From contig OZ024744.1 in the NCBI GenBank assembly GCA_964016885.1, positions 47,616,001 to 47,680,000 of the forward strand: a stretch of DNA of 64,000 nt, written 5' to 3'. The notes under the pieces were generated by a model. It did no database searches. It saw only the letters and a program-made list of their open reading frames with translations, and was not told where the DNA came from. Position numbers and translations under genes: made by a program. The stretch comes from Eledone cirrhosa (Eukaryota). Shown here in pieces: positions 28,751 to 44,150 of this stretch (the stretch's first letter is position 1; the number at the start of each line of letters is the position of its first letter).

Positions 28751-29184
28751 TGTAGTAAGACGCCTCACGCCCCCTGTCGGATAATAGAACAACCCATAGT
28801 TATCTGCCCCTGATTGAGAACACGAGAAGTAAACAGACAGCCACTAGAAAGCAGACTGATCACACACCAGAAAACAGCCTCTGTACCACGCCACAGAAAG
28901 CAGCCAAGGGAACAGCAAACAGCAAACCCCACGATACTTTTGTAATTATAATTCACCACAACTGACCGCGTCAATATTTGGTACGTTCCATTTGTAATAT
29001 AAATAAACATCACCATTATTTACATTTGTTGAATATAACTCTCGTTGTGGTTATTGTCTTGTTTGCGCACGCACTCACTCACTTTGTTATAATTCTCACA
29101 AACACAAAATGGTAAATAGACGAGGGACCTTCCCTCACGTCTATGTCAATGAACAATCCAAATAGATACCTTCATTTTACCACA
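28751..29184. mobile_element. Solo LTR (434 bp), probably Ty3/Gypsy
   Basis: TGTAGTAA...TTACCACA termini, 4-bp TSD AACT, internal AATAAA. Precise empty site (single AACT) in the paralogous segment at 50881. Confidence 0.88.
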
Positions 29185-29499
29185 AACTCATTAAAACACA
29201 CTTTTGTATTTAAACACCAAAAAACAGCCAGTAACGATCGTATAGAAACTACCACCAACCATCATACCACTAGTTACCAATGAGGACCATTGCCAGCCAC
29301 GGTAGCCACTTGGTAATACACTGCACATCCCCCGTCAATCTATGAAGGGTTTGTAGTAGATTAGAGCAAAACACAATCAGTAAAACAGTAATGGAATGAA
29401 AAATATAAACATTTGTTCATAATTAAAGCCTTAAGATGTCCCTTCCTTACGATATACACTTTAATAACATTGAAACGTATTTGATAAGTTTAAATTTTA

Positions 29500-29645
29500 G
29501 ACACTATTTATTCAGATGTACCGCGATAAGAATATAGATATGTTCTAACGAAAATCCGCGATAGGAAATTAGATACGTCCCAAAGAAATATCCGCGATGT
29601 AACGGGATCTCGAAAAGTGAACCGCGATATAGCGGGGGATTACTG
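29500..29645 (-). mobile_element. Tc1/pogo (Tigger-like) terminal fragment
   Basis: Ends ...ccgcgatatagcgggggattactg|ta (CAGT terminus plus TA), with subterminal ccgcgat repeats. Copy at ~51215-51347. Confidence 0.6.
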
Positions 29646-29954
29646 TATATATACACACACAACATACATCTATCTATATACACTCATAACATTTATTTCG
29701 ATTTTTTACTTTAAAATGTTGACTGTTTCTTGTTTGAGGTTGTTCCAGTGGTTGAAATATAGATGGAGGTATTTTAAATAATAAAGACAGTTATGATAAT
29801 ATATTTTATATCACATGTAACAGTGGAATCTCATGATTGAAAAATATCACATCAACATTTCAGTTTGGAAGTGTTTTTTCTATATATATTACTGGATCGT
29901 TGTAGGGTTCACATAATTATATTATTTACATTAAGTAAATCTTTGTCAACTTAC

Positions 29955-30470
29955 CTCCTCAGATATAATCAATGTGTTGTGTTGTTAGTTTTTACTAAAC
30001 AACCAAAGAAATAATCTCTTTGTTATCAAATTAGAAGTTTCAAAGATGTTATCAGCTTTATTTCACAACATTAACGTTGGTGTATCTTCTTCATCTTTAG
30101 TCATAAATTGATATCTTGTCAGAATGAAGTAGTGAGGCTGACTGTATGTCTTTAGCTACAGATTTGATAGGAAATATATATATATTAGGTTGATATGTGG
30201 TCTAAAATATATATATTGTCTATAAATGACTGATAGCAGATGTTCTGGTGAAAGAGTAGTTTTACTACTACAGATTGTAATGGAACTCTTAGTAGACACA
30301 ATTGTAAAGTAAGAATAGATATGACAGTGTAAGACTGATGTCGGGGATAGAAAATTGTGTCTATATATATATATATACATATATATAATTGTTCCACAAG
30401 ATATAATTAGATTAATTAAAGTTATAATGAAGACAGCAGGTACTCGGTGTTGTTGGGAATATTTCAACTC
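29955..30470 (-). other. Predicted non-coding first exon (ZF-D unit)
   Basis: Ends in canonical donor GAG|GTAAGT at 29954 and is preceded by the promoter-like cassette at 30470-30520. Near-identical copies at 34653-35150 and 52287-52680. Confidence 0.5.
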
Positions 30471-30750
30471 TCGTACCGGTGTCACGTTAGAAGTCCCTGA
30501 TATAATTTAATACCTTCAGACACAGTTCCAATCGTATTTAATTTATTGTAAATCAGAAAGTATCACTCAGTAAATATATCAATTACATATCTACGTAGTC
30601 TCTCACCCTGCTATAAACAGCAGTGAAATTATCCATTACAGATTTTTCTTTCTCTAAACTCTTACGTTTAGTTAAACAATCAACAACAGCAAGTCTTTTG
30701 TACAGACTTCAGAATAAGCTCGAAAACCGTCAGAATATCATTCTCCTTCT

Positions 30751-30806
<56 letters not shown>

Positions 30807-30826
30807 GTACACACATAATATATATA

Positions 30827-30905
30827 CAGTGAAATTCCGTTATAACGAAATTCACGGGGTATAAATATAATTCGTTGTAACGAAAAATTCTTTATAACTG
30901 AAACA
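30827..30905 (+). mobile_element. Tigger/pogo-like TIR fragment
   Basis: ta|cagtgaaattccgttataacgaa with repeated cgttataac-like subterminal motifs. Confidence 0.5.
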
Positions 30906-33299
30906 AATCGTTTGTTTGTTGTTCAATTGTATTCTAGTTATGGTGTTTCACATGGAACCTTATAGATATAACACAGAGAAGTATAGAGTCCAAGTGAAAA
31001 TATAAAACAACATATAATCTAATAAGAAGGTTAAAAAAAAGAAGGAAAAACAAGTGAAAGGAAAGAGAAAGTTGAAAGGAAAAGGTAGAAAAGAATCATT
31101 GAAATAATTATTCTACAAAGTGTTCTGTCTCATTTAGAAAGTGTTTTCTATGTTGGCCAGCTAAAATCTTCTCTCACTCAATTATATCAAGTTCATTAGT
31201 TAATCCTAATTTTCCTGTATAAAATTACTGATTTCAACAACAACTTTTTGGCTAAAACCACTAACAATGACAAATATGTTTGTTTCGAGAGAAGGAGTGA
31301 AAACCTCTATGTGGTTACTTGACCTGTTGGAAATAGCAGCCAAATTTCTTTAAAGACAATAGGGTACTGTACTAAACAGGGGTTAGTTCCCTAATGAAAT
31401 ATATATCAGGATCGAGTGATCCAAGTTTCAGCTTGATATTTTATTCGTAATCACGTGTAACACGTGTTTCGTGAATGCATTATATTTATTTCTCCTCCAC
31501 TGTTTTTGATACATCTCAAAATTCTGTCTGGGCAGCTGTCCCTGCCGGATGGATTTATTTAGGGCTTCACTTAAGTCAACATAAACAACACATGCAACTA
31601 CCCACCAAAAACAAAACAAGAAATCAATCACTGAAATATTCACTTAAATAGCCCTTACAAACCTAAGGTAACACAGCAAAAAGCCAGCTTAGCCTTACCT
31701 GGACGAAAGCTAGGAAATTCCACAATTTATTATTCAGCTGAACGTTATCTCCATAATTATGTGGTTGGTGCCAGTACATCTCTCAACAAGATTTCTGCTC
31801 TGTTAACCTGGCTTCCACACACTGAAGCATTAACACTGCAGTAACTCAACCACTCTTACAACACGTGGGTTGTATTTACAAGCAACAGAAAAGAAAACAC
31901 GGAAAAATTAATTTAAATACAAACAAAAAGAAAGATATATCGCCTTTCTTCTCCACATTTTTATTGGTGAAGATTCTCATCCAACATCTGCTAACACAAT
32001 AAGTTAGTTTCAGAAGCCCCAAGTTCGAGCAGTGATTCGGTAATCTTGGTAGAGTTAAACCTACATAAGTAGATATAATTCAGACTAGTGGTCAGACCTG
32101 CTTTTATGAGGAGTAGTAAGAGACAATAATATATTGAAGGAGGAGTGAGAGAGATAGAAAGACAAAACTGTGTTAATTCTCTCTTCCCCTCTCTTCTTTT
32201 ACTCTATCTACCTCTTATGTCTTCATTTCACTGTTTTATTGTCTTATTTCCTAACTCCACTTAATTCCATTAAATATTCAACCTTGGTCGAAATAAATAT
32301 TTTTATCTGTGACGATCTGTACAACCAATAATAGTAGGAGTCACGTTTCATGATATGTCTATATACAGTGTGTCTCTAAAATATGTATACACATTTACAT
32401 AGACTAGTTGAAGTGTGTATACATTTTTTTTTGGGGGGGGGGGGGGAGATCCTGTATATATTTTATATATACATATGTATATTAAAAGATGATTGATATA
32501 TAAATATAAACATATATACATATATACACACATGTATGTTTATAAATTTATAAATATACATATAAAGATATATATACTTTTACGTTTATACATCTGAAAA
32601 TTATATATGTATGTAAACACATACCTAAACCTACATGTATATACATATAGATGGACAGTTATACATATACAATAATTTATTTCTATACATACATATACCA
32701 CAAGTAAGGTATGGTGCTGCCAACTAACCAGACCTGCCTCATAATGGACCAGCTAGATCCCAAAATACAGGCCTGCTAGCCTACACACAGTCCCAATAAA
32801 TGTAAGTTACAGCGCAGCTATCTGGACAGACTTGTCTTAAGACTACTCATTATCCCACTACTTATTTTGAGTACTATATATATACTGTATATATACTGTT
32901 TATATATATATATATAATATATATATACACACATATAATTGTGTATTCAAACATTATCCTAGTAATGAAATAATTAATAATTTTAGTAAATTTTTCAAAA
33001 TTCTTCATTAACCATTTTGTTAGAAACCCACCCACAATTGGTTCTCGTTCTATGGAAATGGTTCCTATCTAAATTAAAGTCTTCCAAGGAAATTCTATAT
33101 AAAACCATATGTTAAGTTACTATGTTAGTAATTAACTAACAATTGTGAGAAATAGCTCAAAATTATTCATAATTAACTGAAATACAAGGTTCATAATTAT
33201 AATAAAATCTTTGAATAGGCTACGAAGCCGGTAAACCTGAAAGGTATGCAACACACATATCACTATAGCGTTTCACCAGTCCCTTCCTTCCTCAATCAT

Positions 33300-33525
33300 T
33301 ACATAGATGTGTGTGTATGTAACACGGTAGATGTGTGTTTATGTAACTCAGTAGATGTGTGTGTATGTAACATAGTAGATGTGTAACTCAGTAGATGTGT
33401 GTGTAACTCAGTAGATGTGTGTATATATATATAACACAGTGGATGTCTATGTATCACACTAGATGTGTGTGTATGTAACACAGTAGATGTGTGTGTATGT
33501 AACATAGTAGATGTATATGTAACTA
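33300..33525. repeat. ~24-bp minisatellite
   Basis: cagtagatgtgtgtgtatgtaaca variants. Confidence 0.85.
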
Positions 33526-34029
33526 AAGTGTAACGTACGTTACGAATGGACGACAAAATTACTTTAACTTGTTTTTTTAACAATTGATGGTGGAAAAGAT
33601 TTTAAATTGTCTCAACTCAGACCATAAAGGGCCGCAATGCATGGAGACTGACACTCTTACCGGCTACATAGCCTGGGAGTTTATTTTACCGACACCCGCT
33701 ACATAGCTTCTTCCTAAAATCTTCCAACATAATTTTATACAAGAACCACATGTTAAGTTACAAATAAATTAATTAATAATTAAAACCTTTAGTAAATCCT
33801 TCAAATGATATCTCAGTAATGAAATAATTAATAATTGTTATAAATTCCTCTTAATTAAACCCCAGAGTCTTTCAGTCGGACATGAAACAAATCAATTTCT
33901 AATGGAAGAAAAAAAGATTTTAAAGTCAGCCAAGGGAGATCACTCTCAGCGACCTATTGTAAATCTTGTTCGTGAATTAATCCGGATTAAATTATTCTGG
34001 TTTATATTGTGTGGAGGAAACTGGGTTTA

Positions 34030-34165
34030 CGCGGTGATAGCGCGTAATTCACGAACGTATGGTTCGGGAGTTCGAATCTCAGACCGGGTGGTCTGGGCGT
34101 TGGGGCCTTGAACAAGACACTTTATTTCTCATTGTTTTATTTCACCAGCTGGCAAAAATAGTAAG
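34030..34165 (+). mobile_element. Diverged SINE family 2 head
   Basis: gagttcgaatctcagacc...ccttgaacaagacactttatttc. Confidence 0.7.
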
Positions 34166-34361
34166 TTGTACCAGTAATTATAGTGGAAACGTTGTTAGAT
34201 AGAATTGTCACACTGAATCTCCCTGAGAACAATGTCAACGGTATACGTGTCACTGAAATACTCAAACACATTATTATATAAGATGGGTTCTACATGTATT
34301 TCAAAGGGAAGCCATGTCATACGTCTTGCTGAATCTCCCTGAGAACTACGTATATACTAGT

Positions 34362-34615
34362 GACTATCAGACATAGTGTATCTAGGACTACATTATCTAA
34401 TGTACAGTACAGTAGTTAGTATTTGTGGCTATAAGACATAGTTTATCTAGGACTACATTATCTAATGTACAGTATAGAAATTAGTATTAATGGCTATCAG
34501 ACATAGTGTATCTAGGACTACATTATCTAATGTACAGCATAGTGGCTATCAGACATAGTGTATCTAGGACTACATTATCTAATGTACAGTATAGCAGTTA
34601 GTATTTGTGGCTATC
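34362..34615. repeat. 65-bp minisatellite (4 units)
   Basis: gacatagtgtatctaggactacattatctaatgtacag at 34370, 34435, 34500 and 34552. Confidence 0.9.
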
Positions 34616-34632
34616 ATTATTATAGACTTCAA

Positions 34633-35320
34633 CTAAATCTTTGTCAACTTACCTCCTTCAGATATAATCAATGTGTTGTGTTGTTAGTTTTTACTAACAA
34701 AAGAAATAATCTCTTTGTTATCAAATTAGAAGTTTCAAAGATGTTATCAGCTTTATTTCACAACATTAACGTTGGTGTATCTTCTTCATCTTTAGTCATA
34801 AATTGATATCTTGTCAGAATGAAGTAGTGAGGCTGACTTTATGTCTTTAGCTACAGATTTGATAGGAAATATATATATATTAGGTAGATATGTGGTCTAA
34901 AATATATATATTGTCTAGAAATAACTGATAGCAGATGTTCTGGTGAAATAGTAGTTTTACTACTACAGATTGTAATGGAACTCTTAGTAGACACAATTGT
35001 AAAGTAAGAATAGATATGACAGTGTAAGACTGATGTCGGGGAATTAAAATTGTGTATATATATATATATAATTGTTACACAAGATATAATTAGATTAATT
35101 AAAGTTATAATGAAGACAGCAGGTACTCGGTGTTGTTGGGAATATTTCAACTCTCGTACCGGTGTCATACATTAGAAGTCCCTGATATAATTTAATACCT
35201 TCAGACACAGTCCCAATCGTATCTAATCGATGGTACATCATAAAATATTAATTATATATCTATACGAAAACTTCTACATGGTCACTCACCCTGCTAGAAA
35301 TAGCAGTGAAATTATCATCT
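34633..35320 (-). repeat. Duplicated first-exon/promoter cassette (orphan copy)
   Basis: Near-identical to 29936-30640; donor at 34652. Confidence 0.85.
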
Positions 35321-35324
35321 ATTT

Positions 35325-35620
35325 GCCAGGCACACAGCATAAACTTTACTGTGAGGTTTAACATTTAGCCTCCTGCACTAGTTCCTGCTCCTTACCTGTA
35401 AGGGTTGTGATGTTCCAGGTTCCAACTGTTGAGGCTTGCCCCCTTCCAGACACTCTTTGGAGTCTCAGCATAGGCAACATTTGAGCATCAATCCCACACC
35501 TGCCACGACAGGATGCAGGCCCATCACAAGTTTTTGCAGCATGAAATGGAGACTGCATTATAATTTTAGAACAGGCCCCTCTACTTAAGGCCTTGACATG
35601 TCCCTTATTAACCCACGCAA
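35325..35620 (-). mobile_element. RTE LINE 5' fragment (APE endonuclease start)
   Basis: STVGTWNITTLTGKEQELVQEAK resembles the APE domain I motif. Confidence 0.7.
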
Positions 35621-35774
35621 AAGGCAGTGTGGTATGGCTTTTCTACAGAAACAGAAGTTAGAATCAAATGGTTTCAGAGAAACTCAGCCAAAATTAATAT
35701 AATAGTAAGTAGAAAATAAGACAGAACCTTGATTCCAACGGGGAAGTGGCCCTGTTCAATATTTAGAAAAGAAG

Positions 35775-38700
35775 TAAACTCTATACAATGTACACAATGT
35801 AGACAAACTCTACAGAATGTACACAATGTAGGTATAAACTCTATACAATGTACACAATGTAGACATAAACTCTACAGAATGTACACAATGTAGGTACAAA
35901 CTCTATACAATGTTGGTATAAACTCTATACAATTTATACAATGTAGGTATAAACTCTATACAATGTAGGTATAAACTCTATACTATGTACACAATGTAGA
36001 CATAAACTCTATACAATGTACACAATGTAGGTATAAACTCTATACAATGTACATAATGTAGGTTTGAACTCTATAAAATGTACACAATGTAGACATAAAC
36101 TCTATACAATGTAGACAATGTTGGTATAAACTCTATACAATGTACACAATGTAGGTATAAACTCTATACAATGTAAGTATAAACTCTATACAATGTACAC
36201 AATGTAGACATAAACTATATACAATGTACACAATGTAGGTATAAACTCTATACAATGTACATAATGTAGGTATAAACTCTATACAATGTACACAATGAAG
36301 ACAAACTCTATACAATGTACACAATGTAGGTATGCACTCTATAAAATGTACACAATGTAGGTATAAACTCTATACAATGTACACAATGTAGGTATAAACT
36401 CTATACAATGTAGACATAAACTCTATACAATGTACACAATGTAGACATAAACTCTATACAATGTAGACATAAACTCTATACAATGTACACAATGTAGACA
36501 TAAACTCCATACAATTTACACAATGTAGATATAAACTCTATACAATGTACACATTGTAGGTATAAACTCTATACAATGTAGGTATAAACTCTATACAATG
36601 TACACAATGTAGACATAAACTCTATACAATGTATACCATGTAGGTATAAACTCTAAACAATGTACACACTGTAGGTATATACTCTATACAATATATACAA
36701 TATAAGTATAAACTCTATACAATGTACACAATGTAGACATAAACTCTATACAATGTACACAATGTAGGTATCAACTCTATACAATGTACATAATGTAGGT
36801 ATAAACTCTATACAATGTACACAATGTAGACATAAACTCTATACAATGGACACAATGTAGGTATAAACTCTATACAATGTACACTATGTAGGTATAAACT
36901 CTATACAATGTACACTATGTAGGTATAAACTCTATACAATGTTCACTATGTAGGTATAAACTCTATACAATGTACACAATATAGGTATAAACTCTATACT
37001 ATGTACATTATATAGGTATAAACTCTATACTATGTACACAATGTAGACATAAACTCTATACAATGTACACAATGTAGGTATAAACTCTATACAATGTACA
37101 CAATGTAGGTATAAACTCTATACAATGTACACAATGTAGACATAAACTCTATACAATGTACACAATGTAGGTATAAACTCTATACAATCTAGGTATAAAC
37201 TCTATACAATGTAGGTATAAACTCTATACTATGTACACAATGTAGGTATAAACTCTATACAATCAAGGTATAAACTCTATACAATGTACACAATGTAGGT
37301 ATAAACTCTATACAATGTACACAATGTAGGTATAAACTCTATACAATGTACACAATGTAGGTATAAACTCTATACAATGTACACAATGTAGGTATAAATT
37401 CTATACAATGTACACAATGTAGGTATAAACTCTATACAATGTAAGTATAAACTCTATACAATGTACACAATGTAGGTATAAACTCTATACAATGTACACA
37501 ATGTAGACATAAACTCTATACAATGTACACAATGTAGGTATAAACTCTATACAATGTATACAATATAAGTATAAACCCTATACAATGTACACAATGTAGG
37601 TATAAACTCTATACAATGTACACAATGTTGACAAACTCTATAAAATGTAAACAATGTAGACATAAACTCTATACAATGTTCACATTGTAGGTATAAACTC
37701 GATACAATGTACATAATGTAGGTATAATCTCTATACAATGTACACAATGTAGGTATAAACTCTATACAATATACACAATGTAGGTATAAACTCTATACAA
37801 TATACACAACGTAGGCATAAACTCTATACAATGTACACAATGTAGACATAAACTCTATACAATGTACACAATGTAGACATAAACTCTATACATTGTACAC
37901 AATGTAGGTATAAACTCTATACAATGTACACAATGTAGGTATAAACTCTATACAATGGACACAATGTAGGTATAAACTCTATACAATGTACACAATGTAG
38001 GTATAAACTCTATACAATGTATACAATATAAGTATAAACTCTATACAATGTACACAATGTAGGTATAAACTCTATACAATGTACACAATGTAGACATAAA
38101 CTCTATACAATGTACACAATGTAGGTATCAACTCTATACAATGTACATAATGTAGGTATAAACTCTATACAATGTACACAATGTAGACATAAACTCTATA
38201 CAATGGACACGATGTAGGTATAAACTCTATACAATGTACACAATGTAGGTATAAACTCTATACAATGTACACAATGTAGGTATAAACTCTATACTATGTA
38301 CACAATGTAGACATAAACTCTATACAATGTACACAATGTAGACATAAACTCTATACAATGTACACAATGTAGGTATAAACTATATACAATGTACATAATG
38401 TAGGTATAAACGCTATACAATGTACACAATGTAGGTATAAACTCTATACAATGTACGCAATGTAGACATAAATTCTACAATGTACACAATGTAGGTATAA
38501 ACTCTTTACAATGTACACAATGTAGGTATAAACTATATACAATATTACAAAATGTAGGTATAAACTCTATACAATGTACACAATGTAGACATAAACTCTA
38601 TACAATGTACACAATGTAGGTATAATCTCTATACAATATACACAATATAGCTATAAACTCTATACAATGTACACAATGTAGATATAAACTCTATACAATG

Positions 38701-40228
38701 TACACATTGTAGGTATAAACTCTATACACTGTAGGTATGAACTCTATACAATGTACACAATGTACACATAAACTCTATACAATGTACACAATGTAGGTAT
38801 AAACTCTATACAATGTACACAATATAGCTATAAACTCTATACAATGTACACAATATAGCTATAAACTCTATACAATGTACACAATGTAGACATCAACTCT
38901 ATACAATATACACAATGTAGGTATAAACTCTATACAATGTACACAATGTAGACATAAACTCTATACAATGTATACAATGTAGGTATAAACTCTATACAAT
39001 GTACACAATGTAGGTATAAACTCTATACAATCTATACAATATAAGTATAAAATCTATACAATGTACACAATGTAGGTATAAACTCTATACAATGTACACA
39101 ATGTAGGTATAAATTCTATACAATGTACACAAGGTAGGTATAAACTCTATACAATGTATACAATGTAAGTATAAACTCTATACAATGTACACAATGTAGG
39201 TATAAACTCTATACAATGTACACAATGTAGGTATAAACTCTATACAATGTACACAATGTAGACATAAACTCTATACAATGTATACAATGTAGGTATAAAC
39301 TCTATACAATGTACACAATGTAGGTATAAACTCTATACAATCTATACAATATAAGTACAAACTCTATACAATGTACACAATGTAGGTATAAACTCTATAC
39401 AATGTACACAATGTAGACAAACTCTATAAAATGTAAACAATGTAGACATAAACTTTATACAATGTTCACATTGTAGGTATAAACTCTATACAATGTACAC
39501 AATGTAGGTATAAACTATATACAATGTACACAATGTAGACATAAACTCTATACAATGTACACAATGTAGGTATAAAATCTATACAATGTACACAATGTAG
39601 GAATAAACCCTATACAATGGACACAATGTAGGTATAAACTCTATACAATGTACACAGTGTAAGTATAAACTCTATACAATGTACACAGTGTAAGTATAAA
39701 CTCTATACAATGTACACAATGTAGACATAAACTATATGCATTGTACACAATGTAGTTATAAACTCTATACAATGTACACAATGTAGACATAAACTCCATA
39801 CAATGTACACAATGTAGACAAACTATATACAATGTACAAAATGTAGATATAAACTCTATACAATGTAGACATAAACTCTATACAATGTACACAATGTAGA
39901 CATAAACTCTATACAATGTACACAATGTTGGTATAAACTCTATACAATTATACACAATGTAGATATAAACTCTATACATGTACACAATGTAGGTATAAAC
40001 TCTATACAATGTACACCATGTAGGTATAAACTCTATACAATGTACACAATGTAGGTATAAACTCTATACAATGTACACAATGTAGGTATAAACTCTATAC
40101 AATGTACACCATGTAGGTATAAACTCTATACAATGTACACAATGTAGGTATAAACTCTATACAATGTAGGTTTAAACTCTATACAATGTAAGTATAAACT
40201 CTAGACAATCTACACAATGTAGACATAA
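35775..40228. repeat. 31-bp satellite (~4.45 kb) with 22-bp variant units
   Basis: aaactctatacaatgtacacaatgtaggtat; variants ggtat/gacat, and units lacking one 9-bp acaatgtac. Confidence 0.98.
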
Positions 40229-40429
40229 CCTACATATACAAACAAATTTCTACACACATACATTCATATATATATATAGTGTACTTAAATTCTGAATCAT
40301 ACAGTTTTCTTGGCTAAACTCTTGGTTACAACTTCTACAAACATTGGTAGCACTATTTTAGGTGAGTGACATGGTTTTTATCTTGTCTCATTGTGTTTGT
40401 GTTGCATTAGGTAACATTTTCAAGACATC

Positions 40430-42072
<1,643 letters not shown>

Positions 42073-42088
42073 TTAAATATTATATTCA

Positions 42089-42428
42089 TGGCTTAGTGGT
42101 TAGAGCATTGGCCTTGCAATCGAAAGGTTGTGAGTTCAATTCTCAGACCGGGTGATGTGTTGTTTCCTTGAGCAAGAAACTTTATTTCCCATTACTCCAG
42201 TTTACTCAGCTGTAGAAATGAGATGATAGGGACTGGGGTTCATATCATTCCACTGCAAAGTGGTCGTGGAGGTGCCACGGCAAAAAAGCAACCAGCACTC
42301 ACTGTAAATGAGGTTGGTGTTAGGAAGGGCATCCATCTGTAGAAATCAAGCCAGCATCAGTTGCCGTCCCACCCTTGCAAGCAGGGAAAAAGTGGACGTA
42401 AAATGAAATGATGATGACGATGATGATT
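42089..42428 (+). mobile_element. SINE family 2 head plus RTE-type tail, inserted in the ZF-C 5' region
   Basis: ggcttagtggttagagc...gagttcaattctc...ttaggaagggcatcc...gatgatga; flanked by attcat and absent from the paralog near 22480. Confidence 0.85.
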
Positions 42429-42799
42429 CATAAAAATATTTCTTCTGCTATATTTCCCCCAACTGTAACCTCAGTGAAGATCTGAAGATGATGCAAACTT
42501 CTTTCTGACCTAAGTTTAGTTAAGATTCAAAATCATCTTGTAAATATTTCAGATGGTGACGAAATGATATTTTTCCAAGAAACACAGTTCTGAGGAAATA
42601 TTTCACAGTAATTCTGCCATAGATTTATATAAACAGTGTTATATGAGTTCTGTATAAAAATCTTTAGTCTTGGAATAATGATAAATAGAGGTGATGTATT
42701 CAAGATTAAAGAGTAAATATATCTCAATGTCATCTGATATTCTGAAATAAGAAAGAAACAGGATGAGATAATAGAGAATACGTTAGAACCAGAGATAGA

Positions 42800-42849
42800 T
42801 TTAACATTGGAAATTTTATATGTATGTAAATATATATACACATATATTC

Positions 42850-42884
<35 letters not shown>

Positions 42885-42914
42885 TATTTACATATATATA
42901 TATATGTACAAATA

Positions 42915-42945
<31 letters not shown>

Positions 42946-42963
42946 GTACAAATATATATATAT

Positions 42964-43000
<37 letters not shown>

Positions 43001-43208
43001 TATATATATACATATATACATACATATATATATATGTACATGTATACATATATATATACATATACACATATATACATATATATATATGTACATATATACA
43101 TATATATACATATATATACATACATATATATGTACATATATATATACATATATATACATACATATATATATATATACATCTACATATATATACATACTTA
43201 TATATATA
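42800..43208. repeat. (TA/TACA)n compound microsatellite
   Basis: Direct observation; a second tract at 43821-44150. Confidence 0.97.
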
Positions 43209-43820
43209 TGGTGGCTGCCAACTCGTTTTCGAGTACGGCCACTACTTTATATCCATGTAGGAGAATTCCTACCAATGCGCTGAACGAGTGACATTTTAGT
43301 CCAGCCAGCAACTTGAAAACTCTGGTACAAACACTACACTTGTGAAAATTATTGCCACATAGTGCTGGGCCCATGGTACCATGTGACGACAAGTGCAGAG
43401 AGATCTCCAGATATAAAGCAATGCCTGTGCCGTGAAGCTTTTATAGTGAGCAAAGGCACTGCACAAAGCGAGTCCCACTCTCTTAACCAAGATGATATTT
43501 ACCAAAAAGAAGAACAAGTCAACATCATTGGATACCATCAGGGTAGCAGATGTTATATCAGAGTTTTCCTTCTCCTAGAATTCTGCCTTGACAAAGGCTA
43601 AGGGGTCATCTCTCCCGGTGATTTTGGATGGCCATTGACTCTTAAGAGCTCCTTTGCCCTTTGACAGGTTTTGTTTTTAGTCCTGCAGGATGTCCAAAAT
43701 CACCCTCCTCACCAAGAAACCTTGGTGGGGTTGCCAGTTTAGTCGCCAACGACCCGACCATGGGACAGGTTGTACTGGGATACATGTTACCAATAGCACC
43801 AAGTGGTGACCTGACACAAT
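43209..43820 (-). mobile_element. Short non-autonomous RTE/BovB-like derivative (5' UTR plus 3' end)
   Basis: 3' part encodes [19 protein letters not shown], like the terminal Zn-finger of BovB-type RTE ORFs; no RT. Diverged relative at ~47870-48180. Confidence 0.5.
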
Positions 43821-44150
43821 GTATATACATACATATATATATTTACATATATACATATATATACATACATATATATATATCTACATATATACATATATAT
43901 ACATGCATATATATATATACATATATATACATGCATATATATATATATACATATATATACATGCATATATATATATACATATATATACATACATATATAT
44001 ATATATACATATATATACATACATATATATATATACATATATATACATACATATATATATATACATATATATACATATATATATATATATACATATACAT
44101 ACATACATATATATATATGTACATATATATGTACATATATATATATATAT

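Noticed and set aside
30156-30485. Conserved ~105-aa ORF duplicated at 34851-35168
   Set aside because: Similarity reflects recent DNA duplication; it crosses a TA tract and has no recognisable domain.
42089-42160. tRNA gene (also 28590-28660, 1365-1450)
   Set aside because: A/B boxes run into SINE body sequence with no complete cloverleaf.
42730-43291. Tyr/Ile-rich ORFs
   Set aside because: Microsatellite translations.
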